Below are positions 30,026 through 33,189 of a stretch of DNA of 33,189 nt, one piece after another. Every line of letters begins with the position of its first letter. Position 1 is the stretch's first letter. The stretch spans positions 1 through 33,189 of the forward strand of contig JANNBX010000006.1 in the NCBI GenBank assembly GCA_031385945.1, written 5' to 3'. Both the position numbers and the translations under genes were made by a program. A model generated the notes under the pieces. That model searched no databases. It was not told where the DNA came from and saw nothing but the letters and a program-made list of their open reading frames with translations. The stretch is from Methylophilaceae bacterium (GTDB lineage: Bacteria; Pseudomonadota; Gammaproteobacteria; Burkholderiales; Methylophilaceae).

Positions 30026-30505
30026 ATGCAAATTGCCATGAACACAGTGGTTACCATGACCTACGAATTAATAAACTCTGATGGCGAAGTGCTTGAAGCG
30101 AGTCAAGAGCCAGTAAGTTATTTACACGGTGGCTATGACAATATTTTCCCAAAAGTAGAAGAAGAAATTCACGGCAAAAATGTGGGTGACACTGTCACAA
30201 TTAGCCTGGAACCTGCTGATGCATTTGGTGATTACGACGAAGAGCTAGTGCAAATTGAACCTGTTAGCGCGTTTCCTGCGGCTGATTTAAAAGTCGGTAT
30301 GAATTTTGAAGGTGAAGACGAAACTGGCGAAATTATTTTGTACACAGTGACTAGCATTGCTGATGGCAAAGTGGTGGTTGATGGCAACCACCCATGGGCA
30401 GGTGAGCGTGTGATTTTTAAAGCGACGATTAAAGATGTACGTTTAGCAGGTCAAGAAGAAATTGGTCATGGTCATGTACATGGCGCCGGCGGTCATCACC
30501 ACTAA
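30026..30505 (+). CDS. slyD: FKBP-type peptidyl-prolyl isomerase / metallochaperone SlyD.
   Basis: The N-terminus aligns with E. coli SlyD ('MKVAKDLVVSLAYQV' vs 'MQIAMNTVVTMTYEL'). C-terminal His-rich 'HGHVHGAGGHHH' tail. Confidence 0.85.
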   Translation: MQIAMNTVVTMTYELINSDGEVLEASQEPVSYLHGGYDNIFPKVEEEIHGKNVGDTVTISLEPADAFGDYDEELVQIEPVSAFPAADLKVGMNFEGEDETGEIILYTVTSIADGKVVVDGNHPWAGERVIFKATIKDVRLAGQEEIGHGHVHGAGGHHH

Positions 30506-30538
30506 AATTAAGCATTTCATGCGGCACACTACGGCGTT

Positions 30539-30600
30539 GCGTCAATTATTTTTAACCTTGCCGTACTAGCGTACTGTCTGCGGCTAAAAATAATTGACGC
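30539..30600 (+). terminator. Long AT-rich hairpin downstream of slyD: 16-bp perfect stem and a 30-nt loop.
   Basis: 'gcgtcaattattttta' (30539-30554) and 'taaaaataattgacgc' (30585-30600) are exact reverse complements. The loop contains a direct repeat 'cgtact...cgtact'. Confidence 0.45.
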
Positions 30601-30706
30601 GCCTTGTATTGTATCCACCTGAAACGCTTAATTAAAATGTATTAAATGCGGTTAGTTATAAAAATAATGCTGTAAACCATTGCTTTACATCATCGGGGAG
30701 AACACC

Positions 30707-31570
30707 ATGCTTTGGAAAGACGGCAGACGTAGCGACAACGTGGAAGATGAACGCGGCTCAAGTGGCGGCGGTATGCGTATTGGCGGCGGCAAGCTGGGCA
30801 TTGGCACCATTATTGGCGTGTTAGCTGTGAGTTATTTCACTGGTCAAAATCCATTACAACTACTGGGTATGCTGCAAAATAGCGGCATCACAGGTGGTAC
30901 TCAGCAAACTGAACAAGTACCGCAATCAGCCGAAAGCAACGAACAAGCAGATTTTGTATCGGTCATTTTAGCCAGTACTGAAGACACTTGGCCAAAAATT
31001 CTTGCGCCATTTAACAAAGAATACGTACAACCAAAACTAAAACTATTCACAGGTCAAACAGAAACAGCCTGTGGTGCAGGCCAAGCGGCAATGGGCCCTT
31101 TTTATTGCCCAGCCGACCAAAAAGTGTATTTAGATTTAGAATTTTTTGAAGACTTGCAAAACAAAATGGGCGCAGGTGGTGACTTTGCACGTGCTTATGT
31201 GATTGGCCATGAAATTGGTCACCATGTGCAAAATTTACTAGGCACCTCAACCAAAGTGCATCAAGCACAACAGCAACTTTCTGAAGCTGAAGGCAATCAA
31301 CTCTCCGTTAAGTTAGAGTTGCAAGCTGATTGTTATGCAGGCGTTTGGGCAAAAAATGCTAATAGCCAAAAAGCATTGCTAGAAAGTGGCGATATTGAAG
31401 AGGCAATCAATGCAGCGGCCGCTGTGGGGGACGATCGATTATTGCAATCTGCAGGACGTGCGGTAAACCCAGAAAATTTCACCCACGGCTCATCAAAAGC
31501 GCGTATGCAATGGTTTAATACGGGCATAACAACAGGCGATTTAAATGCCTGTAATACGTTTAAAAGCTAG
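30707..31570 (+). CDS. ypfJ: YpfJ-family putative neutral zinc metallopeptidase.
   Basis: I refined the start to the ATG at 30707, with a GGGGAG RBS. 'MLWKDGRRSDNVEDERG' matches the E. coli YpfJ N-terminus. 'VIGHEIGHHVQN' is an HExxH motif. Confidence 0.8.
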   Translation: MLWKDGRRSDNVEDERGSSGGGMRIGGGKLGIGTIIGVLAVSYFTGQNPLQLLGMLQNSGITGGTQQTEQVPQSAESNEQADFVSVILASTEDTWPKILAPFNKEYVQPKLKLFTGQTETACGAGQAAMGPFYCPADQKVYLDLEFFEDLQNKMGAGGDFARAYVIGHEIGHHVQNLLGTSTKVHQAQQQLSEAEGNQLSVKLELQADCYAGVWAKNANSQKALLESGDIEEAINAAAAVGDDRLLQSAGRAVNPENFTHGSSKARMQWFNTGITTGDLNACNTFKS

Positions 31571-31593
31571 CTTTTAGTTAGCTTCCAACAAAA

Positions 31594-32340
31594 ATGATCA
31601 TTAAAAAGCGCTTATTCATGTGTTTGATGAGCACTTTTTTATTGGTAGTTACTGTTTTGCTAGCAGGTTGTGCCAGCACTAGTGACGCACCCATTAATGG
31701 TAAAACTGTTCCAATTCAGCAAGACCAGAGCTCATTTGAGCAGCTCGCCAAAAACGATATAGACCGCATGGCAGATATAGAAATGCGCGAACACGAACTC
31801 AGCTTAAAAATACTCATGTTAAAGTTATACAAACGTAACCCTGACGAACATCATAAAAATGGTGTTAAAAATGCTGAAGATATGGTGAATTTGATTTTTA
31901 CGCCAGAGCAAACTTGGGATTTTGCAGCGCTTAATCACGCTAAAGATATTGCCGCCATACATATTGCATTTGCGCCAGAATACACAGGAGACCGTGTGCT
32001 GGCATTGATTACGGGCCTATACACCATGCTAGTTAAGGCGCATGGTGGTCACACCCAATTTTACGCAACCACTAATTTAGACGCACAAAATATTTACAAC
32101 GCCGCTAGAAATATTGAAATTGCCGTATGGAAATTATCAAATAATCGTGATGTTAACGGCAAACTTTATTTAATCACCAATGAGATTAATGCTACAGAAC
32201 CTAACTTAAGTTTTGAGCGCGAATTTGGAAAAATGATTGGCAGAACCGATTTATTCGCCATTAGCCTTGCAGAAAAGTCGCAAAGATTGGTCACTAGAGT
32301 GATTCAAAACTTTGCGACTATGTTATTTCTACCTTTTTAG
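31594..32340 (+). CDS. Hypothetical lipoprotein.
   Basis: 'LLAGCAS' lipobox after an n-region 'KKR'. 248 aa. Confidence 0.5.
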   Translation: MIIKKRLFMCLMSTFLLVVTVLLAGCASTSDAPINGKTVPIQQDQSSFEQLAKNDIDRMADIEMREHELSLKILMLKLYKRNPDEHHKNGVKNAEDMVNLIFTPEQTWDFAALNHAKDIAAIHIAFAPEYTGDRVLALITGLYTMLVKAHGGHTQFYATTNLDAQNIYNAARNIEIAVWKLSNNRDVNGKLYLITNEINATEPNLSFEREFGKMIGRTDLFAISLAEKSQRLVTRVIQNFATMLFLPF

Positions 32341-32369
32341 GCAGTCTTAGCTAAATCAACAATTAAATA

Positions 32370-32684
32370 CTAATTGTTGATGGTTTCTTTTGCCTCTTCA
32401 ACCGCTTCTTTTGTTGCCTCTTTAGCCTCACCTGCCGCTTTAACTGTAGCTTCTGCCGCTTTATCTGCAGCCAATTCTGTGGCATCGGCTGCTTTTTCAG
32501 CTGCAGCTTTAGTTTGATCAGCCGCTTCTTTTGCTGCTTCCACTGTGGTGTCTTTCATTTCAGTGAGTGCTTCCTGTGCTTTAGCAGCACTTTCAGCAGC
32601 GGCATCTTCTGCTTTTTTACTACATGCCGTAAAGCCCACGGTCACAATCAGGCCTACTAATAATACTTTTAATAGTTGATGCAT
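32370..32684 (-). CDS. Small Ala/Glu/Lys-rich secreted protein or lipoprotein.
   Basis: Signal peptide ending 'GFTAC', then a low-complexity AEK-rich region predicted to be helical. Confidence 0.5.
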   Translation of the reverse strand: MHQLLKVLLVGLIVTVGFTACSKKAEDAAAESAAKAQEALTEMKDTTVEAAKEAADQTKAAAEKAADATELAADKAAEATVKAAGEAKEATKEAVEEAKETINN

Positions 32685-32715
32685 TTTTAACTCCTTTTAA
32701 GTTCGTATCAATCAA

Positions 32716-33189
32716 TTAAGCAGCTGGCGCTGGCTCGGCTACAAAGATCTCTACACGGCGATTTTTAGCTTTATTAGCAATCGTATCATTGGCTGCCACT
32801 GGCTCGCGAGAACCGCGACCTTCAACATTTATACGAGTTGAGGCTACACCCCTGGCTGATAAATAATCACGCACGCTAATTGCACGGCTAAGTGATAAAG
32901 GATTATTCACAGCATCGCTGCCTGTACTATCTGTATGACCAATAATCGTCACATTAGCATTTGGATTATTCGCAACACCAGTTGCAAACGTATTTAATAT
33001 CGTTCTGAAGCTAGGGCTAATGTCCGCACGGCCAACTTCAAACGAAATATCACTTGGAATATCCAATTTCAAACGGTTATCCGCAGTTTGTGTGACTTCA
33101 ACACCCGTACCAGCTGTTGCTTCTTCCATTTGGCGTTTTTGCTCTTGCTGGCGTTTAGACCACACATTACCCGCAATTGCACCAACACC
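32716..33189 (-). CDS. OmpA-family (peptidoglycan-binding OmpA_C-like domain) protein, 5' truncated by the window edge.
   Basis: 'TIIGHTDSTGSDAVNNPLSLSRAISVRDYLSARGV...NRRVEI' is an OmpA C-domain. The reading frame stays open to position 33189, and the tracked GTG at 33165 is internal. Confidence 0.7.
   Translation of the reverse strand, partial: GVGAIAGNVWSKRQQEQKRQMEEATAGTGVEVTQTADNRLKLDIPSDISFEVGRADISPSFRTILNTFATGVANNPNANVTIIGHTDSTGSDAVNNPLSLSRAISVRDYLSARGVASTRINVEGRGSREPVAANDTIANKAKNRRVEIFVAEPAPAA

Noticed and set aside
31562-31575. 14-bp perfect palindrome 'aaaagctagctttt' at the ypfJ stop codon.
   Set aside because: The stem is short and AT-rich, with little predicted stability. It is probably coincidental, containing an NheI-like GCTAGC core.

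Overview
This 33 kb window looks like gammaproteobacterial chromosome, moderately AT-rich. Its backbone is housekeeping genes: GNAT acetyltransferase, TraB/GumN, yjbQ, envC, gpmI, recJ, pgm, flotillin, then a complete rnfABCDGE-nth operon (E. coli rsxABCDGE-nth order), dapA-bamC, roxA(ycfD), bcp, slyD and ypfJ. I saw no rRNA, tRNA, CRISPR array, transposase or integrase.

The standout is a five-gene minus-strand cluster at 12110-15130. It runs ECF sigma factor, a small soluble zinc-finger (zf-HC2) anti-sigma factor, a Sec-signal-peptide precursor with a Cys motif, a DUF692 multinuclear non-heme iron oxidase (MNIO), and a DUF2063 partner. This matches the HvfABC/bufferin-type arrangement, in which cysteines of an exported peptide are modified for copper binding. 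Here the precursor is atypical: beyond canonical GKCG motifs it carries a 42-nt tandem repeat encoding Met/Lys-rich 'KMKEGSCH' units.

Other points of interest:
- two extra genes translationally coupled to nth at the end of the rnf operon;
- an orphan truncated secretin-like exported protein;
- two small Ala/Glu-rich repeat lipoproteins;
- a perfect 25-bp inverted repeat at 549-621;
- a long AT-rich hairpin after slyD;
- an Ala/Lys-rich repetitive C-terminal tail on RnfC.

The ORF track uses GTG/TTG as alternative starts. I refined several starts by reading RBS and ATG context directly.
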